A stretch of DNA of 30,130 nt from a virus (lineage: Duplodnaviria > Heunggongvirae > Uroviricota > Caudoviricetes): the IMG/VR virus record IMGVR_UViG_3300013121_000008, positions 128,001-158,130 of that record; one strand, 5' to 3'. The first letter of the stretch is position 1. Each line of letters begins with the position of its first letter. Below, in pieces: positions 1 to 9,858 of this stretch. The translations under genes were made by a program, and so were the position numbers. A model generated the notes under the pieces. It was not told the origin of the DNA and searched no databases. It saw only the letters and a program-made list of their open reading frames with translations.

Positions 1-411
1 AACGTCAATACAGATGTTTGGAGTTCCATTGTATTTAGAATAATAATTTTCTAATATATGAGCAACATCATAATAATCTTTTTCACTTAACCCAATAGAA
101 ACGAAACCCTCTTCAAGATATTTTAAATCTAAAGTTCCTTCTAAAAAGGAAACATAAGCGTCTCGTAAATAAGTCCTTCCCAACACTGGACAAACATAAT
201 CTGTATTTTCTATTAAATTAACAAAAGTATTTAAGTCTGTGACTGTATCCATCGGAGCAGTATAGATAAATCTACCTAAACTATTTGTAACTTCATCTCT
301 TGAACTTATAATTCCTCTTTGCGGTCTAATCAATACGTCATCAATGGTAATAGCTTCTGAAAAAGTTTTACTGTTATGGGTAAAACAATCGTAATCTTTT
401 GTCGTTAACAT
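1..411 (-). CDS. IMP dehydrogenase / GMP reductase family protein (5' part, runs off window)
   Basis: Not in ORF track. Manual translation from ATG at 411: MLTTKDYDCF...EAITIDDVLIRPQRGIISSRDEV...YTAPMDTVT...NICIDV, matching the (F)DDVLxxP, PMDTV and CIDVAHG motifs of GuaB/GuaC. Confidence 0.8.
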   Translation of the reverse strand, partial: MLTTKDYDCFTHNSKTFSEAITIDDVLIRPQRGIISSRDEVTNSLGRFIYTAPMDTVTDLNTFVNLIENTDYVCPVLGRTYLRDAYVSFLEGTLDLKYLEEGFVSIGLSEKDYYDVAHILENYYSKYNGTPNICIDV

Positions 412-434
412 TTTCTTATTTTTAATAACCTTTT

Positions 435-1553
435 TTAAGATGGGTAACAATAATCTTTGAACGAACAATAAGAACATTGATAATTTCCTATCGTTGGTCT
501 TTTTACTTCTTTGCCGCCATTAGTCTTTCTATCTAAATATTTAACAAATTGTTCTGATTCAGTTTTACTAATGACAAATTTATTTTTGTAATCTAATTTG
601 AACTTTCTTGATTTAGCTTCTTCTTTTCCATCATCGATAAATTCTTGTAATGATGTATATTCTTTTACTTTTTTATTTTCAGAATTTAACGTAACTATTT
701 TATAATTATCGTCTACAAGTTTAAAGAAAGTATCGTCATCATAATTTAATTGAAAATCTTTTTCTGGAATAATACCAGCATCAATATCATCTTGTATTTC
801 TTTATATAGATTTAAAATATCAAAAATAGTATAAGGAACTTGTGTCCATTTAGATACGAAGGGATCTATTGTTCTATATAAAATAGCTCCTGTATCTTTT
901 TTAACGTCTACCTGATAAACAGAATATTTCCCATTTCCTCTATCACCATAGATTAATTGACCATAATCAAATTTATCGTCAACTGCATAATGCCATTGAT
1001 ATAATGCTATTTGCATTAAATTATAGTCTCTTGGTTCAGAAGGAATTTTATTGTGTCTTTCATAGTCTGTACCAATAGTCTTTTCTCCATTGGGGCCATA
1101 AACAGATTTAACTTCTGTTATAATATATTTTTGATTCTCTGGATTAAAAGAAATAATATCTATTTTTCCAGAAACATTATATTCAGGAATATATACTTGA
1201 GTTTGAGAAGCAACAAATAATCCACTTTCTTTAATTAGGTTTACTATATGGTCTTCAAATAAATTACCTTGTTCCCAAATCCATCTTTGATAATTACTTT
1301 CTCTTATGTATTTGCTTTTGACTATTGTAATTAAATCTTTCCAAAAACTATATTTATTATTTGATTTTTCTGAATAATTAACTAATGCTATTAGATATTG
1401 TAAAAAAATTCTTCTTCTGCAGGTTCCAAAGAATTCTCCATTTTTATTTTCTGCACCGGCAGAGGAAGGCCAAAAAGAAGGAGGTTTATCGTCTCCTAAT
1501 TTTTCTCTTCCTATCCAGTCAGTCAAAAAATTCATTATACTAAATTCAGACAT
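435..1553 (-). CDS. Cas4-like / PD-(D/E)XK exonuclease with probable Fe-S cluster
   Basis: N-terminal Cys (TCRRRIFL), GKIDII...EVKS, QxxxY (QIALY), C-terminal CSYCSFKDYC. Confidence 0.8.
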   Translation of the reverse strand: MSEFSIMNFLTDWIGREKLGDDKPPSFWPSSAGAENKNGEFFGTCRRRIFLQYLIALVNYSEKSNNKYSFWKDLITIVKSKYIRESNYQRWIWEQGNLFEDHIVNLIKESGLFVASQTQVYIPEYNVSGKIDIISFNPENQKYIITEVKSVYGPNGEKTIGTDYERHNKIPSEPRDYNLMQIALYQWHYAVDDKFDYGQLIYGDRGNGKYSVYQVDVKKDTGAILYRTIDPFVSKWTQVPYTIFDILNLYKEIQDDIDAGIIPEKDFQLNYDDDTFFKLVDDNYKIVTLNSENKKVKEYTSLQEFIDDGKEEAKSRKFKLDYKNKFVISKTESEQFVKYLDRKTNGGKEVKRPTIGNYQCSYCSFKDYCYPS

Positions 1554-1873
1554 TATAATTTAATTCTCAAGTTTTCTTCTTGCTTATTCATTTCTTCAGA
1601 TTCTTTTAAGATTTTACTTTGTTTTTCTCTAATCTTATTTATTTCTTGTGTTCTAAATTCTTCCCAACCAGAATTCAAATCTTCTTCAGAGATTAATTTA
1701 TTGTCCATTACTTTCTTAATTAAGAAGTTAATTTTCATTTCTTGAAATAATGCAGACTGTTGCATTAAGTTCATAATCTGTTCCATTTTTTCTACTTGCT
1801 CTAAAATGCTAAGCAAGAGTTTTTCTGGAGTTAAACTAATTGGATTTCCCTGTGCATCTAATAAACCACTCAT
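1553..1873 (-). CDS. hypothetical protein (helical)
   Basis: ORF with AGGAG SD, coupled to the downstream gene. Confidence 0.7.
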   Translation of the reverse strand: MSGLLDAQGNPISLTPEKLLLSILEQVEKMEQIMNLMQQSALFQEMKINFLIKKVMDNKLISEEDLNSGWEEFRTQEINKIREKQSKILKESEEMNKQEENLRIKL

Positions 1874-1884
1874 ACTTTCTCCTT

Positions 1885-2982
1885 TTAAAATTTATTCCAT
1901 GTAATAGCTTTCTTTTTAGGAAAATGTTTTCCTAAATGTATAAAGCCTGAATCATTAAAATTAGTATTACCATTTGAATCTTGATAAACTATTCCATAGC
2001 CATTTGTAGTAAATCCAAACTTAAGATTTGCTTTGCCTTCGTAGCCCAATAAGCCACATAAAGCTCCTTGCTCTATTAACAATCTACCATCAACAATCTG
2101 TTTACTTTGGTTATGAGTGTGACCTATCATTAAGGAATCATAATCATCTCTTGTATATCTTTGATTAAACAAGTCGTTGGTCTTTTTAACTGTTGAGCCC
2201 GGAGCGCCACTACCAAAACCCGAAGGATGTGCGAATATAGTTTTTCCTATTCTGCAATACCAAGATTCTTTATATTGATATCTAACTTTTGATTTGAGAT
2301 TTTTATCAATATCAACCACTTCTCCGTATTCATTAATAATTTCGCCATTGGCAATTCTTCCAAGTAAATCAAAATTATACAATGACATAACTTCTGAAGG
2401 AAGTTTTTCTGAAGCCATTCTGTTCAATCTTACTTCATGATTTCCTTTAGTAAGGGCTACTCTATCTGTATAATTTAAACACATTCTTATTAATTCAATA
2501 GCAGCATTATATTCAGCTAATAAATGTATAGTTTTATATTTAGCGAATACAGATACAGAGTATTCATCAAGAATGTCACCATTTAAAACTATGATAGAAT
2601 TATTATTAGCTAATTCTTTAGCATATAAATCTAATATATTTTTAATAGTTTTTGGCTCTGTAAAAGGTAAATGAATATCACTTAAAGATAAAATAAATCT
2701 ATCTTTACTATTGGTTATAGGAAATAACTCAATAGATTCTTCTTTGTATTTAGAAGTAATACTTTCTAATTTAAATAGATTTTCTTCTACTAAAGTTTTA
2801 CTTACATTTCCTAAATCCATCTTTTTTATCTTATCACTAATGGCTCTTTCAGTTCTTACGTTTTCAAAACCGCTTAAGCTTCTTAATAATTCAAAACTTT
2901 CGTAAATTGTTTTTAAATCTTTTCCGGCATTAACCATTTGGGTTAGAAAAGATTCTTCTTTCTTTGTCCATAAATTTGACAT
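1885..2982 (-). CDS. calcineurin-like metallophosphoesterase with N-terminal Myb/HTH-like segment
   Basis: SDIH, GDILD, GNHE, FAH and GHTH motifs; N-terminal WTKKEESFL. Confidence 0.85.
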   Translation of the reverse strand: MSNLWTKKEESFLTQMVNAGKDLKTIYESFELLRSLSGFENVRTERAISDKIKKMDLGNVSKTLVEENLFKLESITSKYKEESIELFPITNSKDRFILSLSDIHLPFTEPKTIKNILDLYAKELANNNSIIVLNGDILDEYSVSVFAKYKTIHLLAEYNAAIELIRMCLNYTDRVALTKGNHEVRLNRMASEKLPSEVMSLYNFDLLGRIANGEIINEYGEVVDIDKNLKSKVRYQYKESWYCRIGKTIFAHPSGFGSGAPGSTVKKTNDLFNQRYTRDDYDSLMIGHTHNQSKQIVDGRLLIEQGALCGLLGYEGKANLKFGFTTNGYGIVYQDSNGNTNFNDSGFIHLGKHFPKKKAITWNKF

Positions 2983-3461
2983 TATTCTCCTTTTATTTTT
3001 CTTTTAAACTCAATAAAATCTTTTACATCTTCAACAGAAGGATTTATTAATCCTGAGTATGAATTAATATTTAATTCATACTCGATCACCGTAGTATTTA
3101 TATTTATATTAGATGAGAAACTAATATTTGGATTGTTCACATAAAGAATATATTTTTCTTTTCCATATTCATTTATAGCAAGAATTATAATTTGTTCTAT
3201 TTTCTTCTTAAATAAATTTTCAGTATCGCTTAATAATAAGCAATTTAGTTTTAAATTAAAATTATTATTTGAAACAAATATATTTATATTTTGAACTTCT
3301 CCTAAAATATTAAAATTATTATTACTTCTGAAATATACTTGAGTATCGACCCCTGCAAAAGTAAAGTATCCTTTTTGAAAGGAAATAGGATCCACTTTTC
3401 CTAAAACGTAAAGTGGTAAATTTTCTTTTTCTGATTTTTCTATTTGTTCTTTTTCGTTCAT
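2982..3461 (-). CDS. hypothetical protein, possibly a degenerate virion (tail-tube-like) structural protein
   Basis: FTFAGVDTQVYF...LGEVQNI...AINEYG resembles from memory the FSGxD / GELQxI / NEYG motifs of large-myophage structural proteins. Confidence 0.4.
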   Translation of the reverse strand: MNEKEQIEKSEKENLPLYVLGKVDPISFQKGYFTFAGVDTQVYFRSNNNFNILGEVQNINIFVSNNNFNLKLNCLLLSDTENLFKKKIEQIIILAINEYGKEKYILYVNNPNISFSSNININTTVIEYELNINSYSGLINPSVEDVKDFIEFKRKIKGE

Positions 3462-5854
3462 TATACTTTACCTATTTTGTTTATTATTACTTTGATATCT
3501 GGTTCTTCACTTTCTGTTTTGACTACACATTTTACCAAATCATTAACGTTTAAATCATCACAATTTTTCCATACTGAAGGGAAAATGGTTCCGTCACAAA
3601 CGCCTGAGCTATCTTCTAATTTGATAAAAGCCATTGCATCGCCTTTCTTTGTTGTAATCTTTTTAATCGATGTTATAAGACCAACTATATGCGCTGGATT
3701 ACCAATCCATAACTTTCCTATTTTATCAAACTCTCCTTGAACTAATTCTGTTGGATGTTTACCAAAAAATATTCCAGTATATTCTAATTGCTTCATGAGC
3801 ATATCATTGTCAATTTTAATTTTCTTATATCTTTCTATTTCTGGTTTCTCTGGTTCTGGTAATTCTTTAAGCATAACTGGTTTTCTTGTGCCATTCTTTT
3901 CTGCTTCTTCTCTTTCTTTTAAACGAATAACAATAGCTTTCTTTCTTTCTTGATAAGCTCTTTTATCTGAAAAATATTTATATAGTATTTCTTTATTTTC
4001 TATTAAATCTTCTCTTTTATAACCAAGCTTGTCAAAGCATCCAGCATAAACTAATGCTTCAAATTTACCTGTATTTATTTTTGATTTATTTACTCTGCTA
4101 AGAAAATCTAATATATCTTTATAATTTTCTTTTTCATTAACTATTTCAAATACACTATTACCTGCTATTGTTTTTATACCAGATATAGAAAAAACAATAT
4201 TACTATCTTTTACTGTAAATATTTCTTTTGATGTATTTATATCTGGAGGTAAAATTTCAATTCCAAAGAAGACACATTCTTGTTTTATTTCTTTTAACTT
4301 TTCTTGAAATTTTTCAGGAGCTTTTCTACTCTTAACGGTTAGATACGCTGCGAAAAACTCTGCTGGATATTTTACTTTTAAGTATGCACAAGCATAAGTT
4401 AAGAAACTATATAAAACAGCATGACTTAAATTAAAACAATAATCAGCAAACTTTTCTAATCCTGTCCAAAATTCTTCAGAATATAATTCATCACAAGTAT
4501 TTAAAGTTAAACAACCTTTTATAAATTTTTCTTTATAATCAATAAGTAATTCTGCTTTCTTTTTACCAAGAGCTTTTCTAATGTCATCAGATTCTTTCAA
4601 CGTAAAACCTGCCATTTTTTGCATTGCTTCCATGATTTGTTCTTGATAAATCATACAATAATTAGTTGGTTTTAAGATTTCTGCTAAAGCTTGCGGCATT
4701 CCTTCTGGTGGCGCATAAGAGTCCATGTTGTCTACATACTGATCCACTAAACCATTGTCTAATGGTCCTGGTCTATTTAAAGCATTAATAGCAAACAGAT
4801 GTTCTATTTTACTTGGTCTAATTCTTTTAATAATAGTTTTAATGGTTCCTTCACCTTCTAACTGAAAAACACCAGTAAGATTTAAATCATTAATCATTCT
4901 ATATGCTGGTTCATAATTTGGATTTTCATAAATTTCTTTTTCAATATCAATTATTATATTTTGTTCAGCAAGTAGTCTTATGGTTTCTGCTATTGTATCT
5001 AAGTTATCAGTAACTAATAAATCTAATTTTAATAAACCAATTTGTTCTACTTCGTCTTTGTCAAATTGAGTAATTCTATCGTATTGTTTATTTTCTTCTT
5101 TATTCGTATTTTTATATGTAGGAACAAACCAATTAATAGGTTCGTTACCTATTACAATACCAGCCGCATGTACACCTAATTGTTTACGCATATCATATGC
5201 GTATTCAGCAAAGCTATAAAAATCTGGATATTTATTTTCTACATCTTCTATTGCTTCTTTTAATTTTTCTATATCAGGAGCTTTACCATGGATTGGATTC
5301 GGAATCCTATCTGATATTTCATTATAATAATCTTTTACTTTTTTTAATTCTTTAAAATATTTTTTACAATCTTTTTCGTATTCTTCCTTGTTTTCATAAT
5401 CTTTTAACTTGGGTTCTAATGGTTGATGAATTCTCATTAAATCTTGAGCAATAGCTTTTAAACCAAAAGTACCGTAAGAACCAATATGAGCTACGTTTTC
5501 TTCTCCATATAGTTCATTAATATATTGTTCTATTTCATATCTTCTACTTGGCTGAGCATCTGTATCTATATCTGGAGGCGTGCCGCCATGATGATTACAA
5601 CGAGCTTTCTTAAAATCAAATTCATCACTAAGTCCAGTGATATATAATAAAATAGAATTATTTGGATTTATAAACTTTTCATATTCTTCTTTTTTAATTC
5701 TTTTTTGTAATGCACATTCTAAATTATATTCTATCGTTTCTAAATCTTTTATAGTGACCATATCCTCTTCGAATTGTAGAAAATCTTTATCTACTTTTTC
5801 GAAACGCTTCCCTATATAAAAAGCTTTTATATTTTTTAATATTTCGTTTTTCAT
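3461..5854 (-). CDS. dnaE: DNA polymerase III alpha subunit, C-terminal catalytic part (palm, fingers, HhH, OB)
   Basis: PPDIDTD, HAAGIVI, GLLKLDLL, GVFQLE, ALNRPGP, IYQEQIM, YCFNLSHA, ILPPDINTS, KKGDAMAFIKLED. Confidence 0.95.
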   Translation of the reverse strand: MKNEILKNIKAFYIGKRFEKVDKDFLQFEEDMVTIKDLETIEYNLECALQKRIKKEEYEKFINPNNSILLYITGLSDEFDFKKARCNHHGGTPPDIDTDAQPSRRYEIEQYINELYGEENVAHIGSYGTFGLKAIAQDLMRIHQPLEPKLKDYENKEEYEKDCKKYFKELKKVKDYYNEISDRIPNPIHGKAPDIEKLKEAIEDVENKYPDFYSFAEYAYDMRKQLGVHAAGIVIGNEPINWFVPTYKNTNKEENKQYDRITQFDKDEVEQIGLLKLDLLVTDNLDTIAETIRLLAEQNIIIDIEKEIYENPNYEPAYRMINDLNLTGVFQLEGEGTIKTIIKRIRPSKIEHLFAINALNRPGPLDNGLVDQYVDNMDSYAPPEGMPQALAEILKPTNYCMIYQEQIMEAMQKMAGFTLKESDDIRKALGKKKAELLIDYKEKFIKGCLTLNTCDELYSEEFWTGLEKFADYCFNLSHAVLYSFLTYACAYLKVKYPAEFFAAYLTVKSRKAPEKFQEKLKEIKQECVFFGIEILPPDINTSKEIFTVKDSNIVFSISGIKTIAGNSVFEIVNEKENYKDILDFLSRVNKSKINTGKFEALVYAGCFDKLGYKREDLIENKEILYKYFSDKRAYQERKKAIVIRLKEREEAEKNGTRKPVMLKELPEPEKPEIERYKKIKIDNDMLMKQLEYTGIFFGKHPTELVQGEFDKIGKLWIGNPAHIVGLITSIKKITTKKGDAMAFIKLEDSSGVCDGTIFPSVWKNCDDLNVNDLVKCVVKTESEEPDIKVIINKIGKV

Positions 5855-7099
5855 TTATTCTTCGTCAAAAATTAAAGGTATAGATGCTCTACCTATATTC
5901 GCAAATCTTTCAAAAAGCATATTGTATTTCATTGGGTTAATTTTTGTTATTCCAAGAATATAAGCTACCATTGAGCCGCCAATAGAACCTCTTCCTGGTC
6001 CAATTAATATATTCTGACTTTCTGAATACTTAATAATATCATATAGAATTAATATATAATCTGAATAATCCATATACTTAAATACTTTTAATTCGTATTT
6101 AACTCTTTCTATTTCTTCTTGAGTTGGTTCTCTATTGAATTTCTTTTGCCACTCTTCAAATACTACTTCAGATAAATGGAAAGCTGCAGTTTCTCCTTCT
6201 GGCAATTTAGGATATTTTGGCCATCTATTATATATATTTATAAAATAATCACTCGTTATAGAATCACTAATGTATTTAGTATTTCTAATTGCTTCTAATG
6301 GTATTCCATATTTTTGACAATTTAAAATTACTTCTTCTGAAGTAGGAATATGACAATCTAATCCTTTAAAACTAAATTTTGTTGGATCAGATAATCTTCC
6401 ATTGGTAGATATAGTTATAAACTTATCGTGTAATTGTTTGTCACAACAATCCATATAATGACTATCAGAAGTTATAACAATTGGAATGTCTAATTCTTTA
6501 GAAAACTCTAATAAGAATTTATTACAATGTTGTTGTTCTTCCATTTCGTGAGCTTGTAATTCTATAAAGAAATTATTAGGTCCAAACAATTCTTTATAAT
6601 AAGATAGTTTATATTTGGCTTTATCTGTATATCCTTTTAAAATATATTGATTTACTATACTACCCAAACAAGCCGATGTACCAATAATATCTTGATTATA
6701 TGTTTCTAATAGTTTATCGTCTATTCTTGGACTATAATAAAAACCGTCTAAGTATGCCTGGGAAGATAATTGAGAAAGAGTTTTAAAACCATTTTGATTT
6801 TTGGCTAATAAAATCATATGATAGTTAGGTCTTGAGTTTTCTAATTCATCTTTACCTTTTTCTTGTCTATTTAGCGCCCAATAAAACTCTTGACCAATAA
6901 TTGGTTTTATATTATTCTTTTTACATTCTTTATAAAAATTATAAGAACCAGATAAGTTACCATGGTCTGTTATTGCGATAGATTTAATATTCTTGTCTTC
7001 TAATTTTTTTATATCTTTAAATCTAATGATTCCATCTAAATAACTTGATTCCCAATGTACATGAAGTGGAGTCCATCCTATTTCATTAGTATCTTTCAT
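5855..7099 (-). CDS. dnaE: DNA polymerase III alpha subunit, N-terminal part (PHP domain to GRGS/FERF)
   Basis: LHVHxxxSxLDG, AITDHG, KPIIGQE, HMILLAKN, TSACLG, SDSHY, GPGRGS...LGIT...LFERF. Confidence 0.95.
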   Translation of the reverse strand: MKDTNEIGWTPLHVHWESSYLDGIIRFKDIKKLEDKNIKSIAITDHGNLSGSYNFYKECKKNNIKPIIGQEFYWALNRQEKGKDELENSRPNYHMILLAKNQNGFKTLSQLSSQAYLDGFYYSPRIDDKLLETYNQDIIGTSACLGSIVNQYILKGYTDKAKYKLSYYKELFGPNNFFIELQAHEMEEQQHCNKFLLEFSKELDIPIVITSDSHYMDCCDKQLHDKFITISTNGRLSDPTKFSFKGLDCHIPTSEEVILNCQKYGIPLEAIRNTKYISDSITSDYFINIYNRWPKYPKLPEGETAAFHLSEVVFEEWQKKFNREPTQEEIERVKYELKVFKYMDYSDYILILYDIIKYSESQNILIGPGRGSIGGSMVAYILGITKINPMKYNMLFERFANIGRASIPLIFDEE

Positions 7100-7409
7100 A
7101 TTCGTCTTCGTCTTCTTCGGTTTCTCTTATTGTTAAATTATCATATATATCGTAATCATTTAAAAATTGTTCTTGGGCTGCTTCTAAAATTTCTTCATAA
7201 CAATTTTCTTCAATAATATAATTATAATCTTTATCCATTCTCTCTCCTGTAGAATCTACTATTTTTAGTATTTCAAAACTATCTTCTTCTTCTCCATGAT
7301 AATTAATAATATCTGAATTGTATCCAGGAAAATATTTTATGTAAATATTTAGAAATTGATTTTCATATTCTAAGTTATATATAATCATTTTATAAGTTTT
7401 CTTACTCAT
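7086..7409 (-). CDS. hypothetical acidic phage protein
   Basis: ORF with GGAG SD, overlapping the dnaE start. Confidence 0.65.
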   Translation of the reverse strand: MSKKTYKMIIYNLEYENQFLNIYIKYFPGYNSDIINYHGEEEDSFEILKIVDSTGERMDKDYNYIIEENCYEEILEAAQEQFLNDYDIYDNLTIRETEEDEDEYERY

Positions 7410-7432
7410 TAAATCTCCGAGGTTTGTAAATA

Positions 7433-7822
7433 ATGGCTACCCATTTAAAAAAAATAGATCCAAGTGTTAATCCAAAAATTTTAGTATTTACCGATAATGC
7501 ATCGTCTGGTGGCGTAACTTTTTCAAGTGGTGACTACATTGCGGTTCAAGAATCTTTAGGTCGTTCTGGCTCTGGAATGAAAGTTATAATTAGAGGTACT
7601 GCTGTCGTAGAACTTTTACTTAATGCTACGTTGAAGAATATTAAATTCAACGAAGAAGAAGCAGATACAACAATAGGATATGCTGAGTCTTTAGCTAAGA
7701 TTAATTCTTTTATATTAGTCGCAGGACAATATGATTTTGATTTTCCTATTTCTAAAATTAAAATAGTAGCATATTCTGGTGGTGGTTCCAGTTCAAATAA
7801 TACAACATTTATTGTATACTAA
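7433..7822 (+). CDS. hypothetical beta-rich protein (possible virion component)
   Basis: Fills the gap between minus-strand genes; rich in G/S/A/V, unlike its neighbours. Confidence 0.65.
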   Translation: MATHLKKIDPSVNPKILVFTDNASSGGVTFSSGDYIAVQESLGRSGSGMKVIIRGTAVVELLLNATLKNIKFNEEEADTTIGYAESLAKINSFILVAGQYDFDFPISKIKIVAYSGGGSSSNNTTFIVY

Positions 7823-7831
7823 ATCTTTATA

Positions 7832-8035
7832 TTAATTCTTTTTAGTATTAGTTGTTTCTAATGACGAGGTTTGCTGAATCTCGTCATTTTTAATTTGTTG
7901 GTTCTTTACAATTAAAGAAGTTGAAATTAACAAACTTATTGCAAAGAAACAAGACAATAACACTATTCTTAAATCTTTTGGCATTAAAAGAAAGAAACAG
8001 AAATTTAAAATAAGTAAGGTTAAACTGATTAACAT
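7832..8035 (-). CDS. small membrane protein (two hydrophobic segments)
   Basis: MLISLTLLILNFCFFLL...IVLLSCFFAISLLISTSLIV; AAGGA SD. Confidence 0.6.
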   Translation of the reverse strand: MLISLTLLILNFCFFLLMPKDLRIVLLSCFFAISLLISTSLIVKNQQIKNDEIQQTSSLETTNTKKN

Positions 8036-8130
8036 TTTTGCATCCTTTTCAAATCTTACAGTTCTATTACTTATGGAATTAGAAATAAGATTATTTACAA
8101 TTCAATAGTCTCATTTTTCTTATACAAAAA

Positions 8131-9177
8131 TCAATCAGTTGAATTTTCTTTTTCTTCGTCTTCATGTTTTTCTATAAAATCGCCTTTCAATAAATTAAAT
8201 TTTGTTTCTATCATGTTGACTAGAAGATTTTTATTTTCTTGGTCGCCTAAAATCCATTTCGCTAAGCCTTGCTTGCCTTGTTCTTTTGTTATTAATTCAT
8301 TATTAGAATCAAATATTGAATAATAACCGCCATTACGAACTATAATTCCAAATTTTTCTGCTACTCCCAAGAAGTCAGAAATTGGTTCAACATGTGTACC
8401 GGGTATAAAATCTAATTCTAATTCTGCTGAAATTAATGGCGCTAATTTATTTTTCTTTACATTAGCCTTTATTGTAATTGCACCTTTTGTATCTTTACTT
8501 GGTCCTTTAGAGCTAAATCTTATTCTTTGAGACGTATAATAAGGAATTGCTTTTCCTCCTGAAGTTGTCTCGACCGCTTGATAAGAAGACAAACCAGTTC
8601 TTACTTGATTAATTAAAATTAAGCCAGTGTTATTATCTACGGTAGATTTTGAAAAATCTCTCATTGCTTCACTCATAAGTTTTGGCAGTTTCATCATTGA
8701 GCCTTCGCCATAATCTTTATTCAAATCTTCATCTGTCTCTAAAGCGTCTATAGAGTCCAATAAGCCTATACCAAACTTACCAGTAGAAAGTATATTGGAA
8801 ATTAATTGCATGGTCTGTTCTGCGCTTCTGGGCCTTGCAACGAATATTCTATCAGGGTCCAACCCAAATCCTCTGACGAATCCAGGCAATAAAGTTCTTT
8901 CCATATCTATAATGAATGGAGTTCTATCATATCCAAATTTATCTACATAGTTTTTCATCATTAATAAACCGAAAGAAGTTTTAAATGACGCTGGAGGCCC
9001 ATAAAGTTCTATTAATCTATCTGTAGCCGCGCCCCCACCAAGAAGTAAATCTAAAGATAATGACCCAGTAGATACTTTAGGTCTATCCTCAATGAAGGCA
9101 CCCATTCCAAACACGCCTTCAAATTGTTTATTTCCTTTCATTAAAGAATTTATTAAAGTTTTATTTAATTCTGACAT
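8131..9177 (-). CDS. recA: RecA/UvsX family recombinase
   Basis: STGSLSLDLLLGGG, Walker A GPPASFKT (F as in T4 UvsX GPSKSFKS), LLDSI, INQVR, TSGGKAIPYY, VKKNK. Confidence 0.93.
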   Translation of the reverse strand: MSELNKTLINSLMKGNKQFEGVFGMGAFIEDRPKVSTGSLSLDLLLGGGAATDRLIELYGPPASFKTSFGLLMMKNYVDKFGYDRTPFIIDMERTLLPGFVRGFGLDPDRIFVARPRSAEQTMQLISNILSTGKFGIGLLDSIDALETDEDLNKDYGEGSMMKLPKLMSEAMRDFSKSTVDNNTGLILINQVRTGLSSYQAVETTSGGKAIPYYTSQRIRFSSKGPSKDTKGAITIKANVKKNKLAPLISAELELDFIPGTHVEPISDFLGVAEKFGIIVRNGGYYSIFDSNNELITKEQGKQGLAKWILGDQENKNLLVNMIETKFNLLKGDFIEKHEDEEKENSTD

Positions 9178-9858
9178 TTATATTATTCCTATATTTTTAA
9201 ATTTTGGTAATAATGATTCAAAATAATCATTAGTATTTTCTGTATATTCTGTTTCGATTACAAAATCCACAACTTCATCAGTAAGAAAATCATTAGCTTC
9301 TAAATCTTTTTCTGAAATATTAAGATTATCTTTTCTATTTAATTTTATAATTGTAGTTTTTAAATAGGGAAATTTAGTTCTTAAGAAATTTAATTCGGTT
9401 TCATCTCTCAAGTCATCTATTAAATAAATATACTTTGCTGGTGTTTTTATATTGGGTTCATTAAATTTAGAAAATAATATTTTATTCATTTCTATATTAT
9501 TTATTTTTTCTTCTAAACATTTACAAAATATTTCATTATCTAAACTTCTTAAATAGTTCGCCGTTTTAATTAATAAATCTCTATAGGTAAAATTAAAATA
9601 AAAGTTTTTTATTACTCCTATATTTTCTATTTTAGTAAAAACTAAATCATTTTTATTTGTTTTTGTTTTAAAATAAGTTTCTTTTCCAAAATTATTTTTA
9701 ATGAAATCTCTTAAGGGATCCGCGAACGATATAATTAGTGCAGGTTCTCCTTGTTGATTTTTAATTCCTTCTATGTTATAATAGTTTTTTAAAATCTGAC
9801 AAGTTAAACTTTTTCCAACTCTTCTTGGACCCGTAAAGGCTATTATATGACTATTCAT
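9178..9858 (-). CDS. deoxynucleoside monophosphate kinase
   Basis: IAFTGPRRVGKS, SFADPLR, RDLL, IDDLRxxxE pattern of phage dNMP kinases. Confidence 0.8.
   Translation of the reverse strand: MNSHIIAFTGPRRVGKSLTCQILKNYYNIEGIKNQQGEPALIISFADPLRDFIKNNFGKETYFKTKTNKNDLVFTKIENIGVIKNFYFNFTYRDLLIKTANYLRSLDNEIFCKCLEEKINNIEMNKILFSKFNEPNIKTPAKYIYLIDDLRDETELNFLRTKFPYLKTTIIKLNRKDNLNISEKDLEANDFLTDEVVDFVIETEYTENTNDYFESLLPKFKNIGII

Noticed and set aside
435-1553. Cas4-like gene as a sign of a CRISPR-Cas system
   Set aside because: No repeat-spacer array or other cas genes are visible; solo Cas4-like nucleases are common in phage replication modules.
8975-9001. RecA Walker A GPPASFKT as an inactivating change
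   Set aside because: T4 UvsX has the same F before K (GPSKSFKS) and is active.
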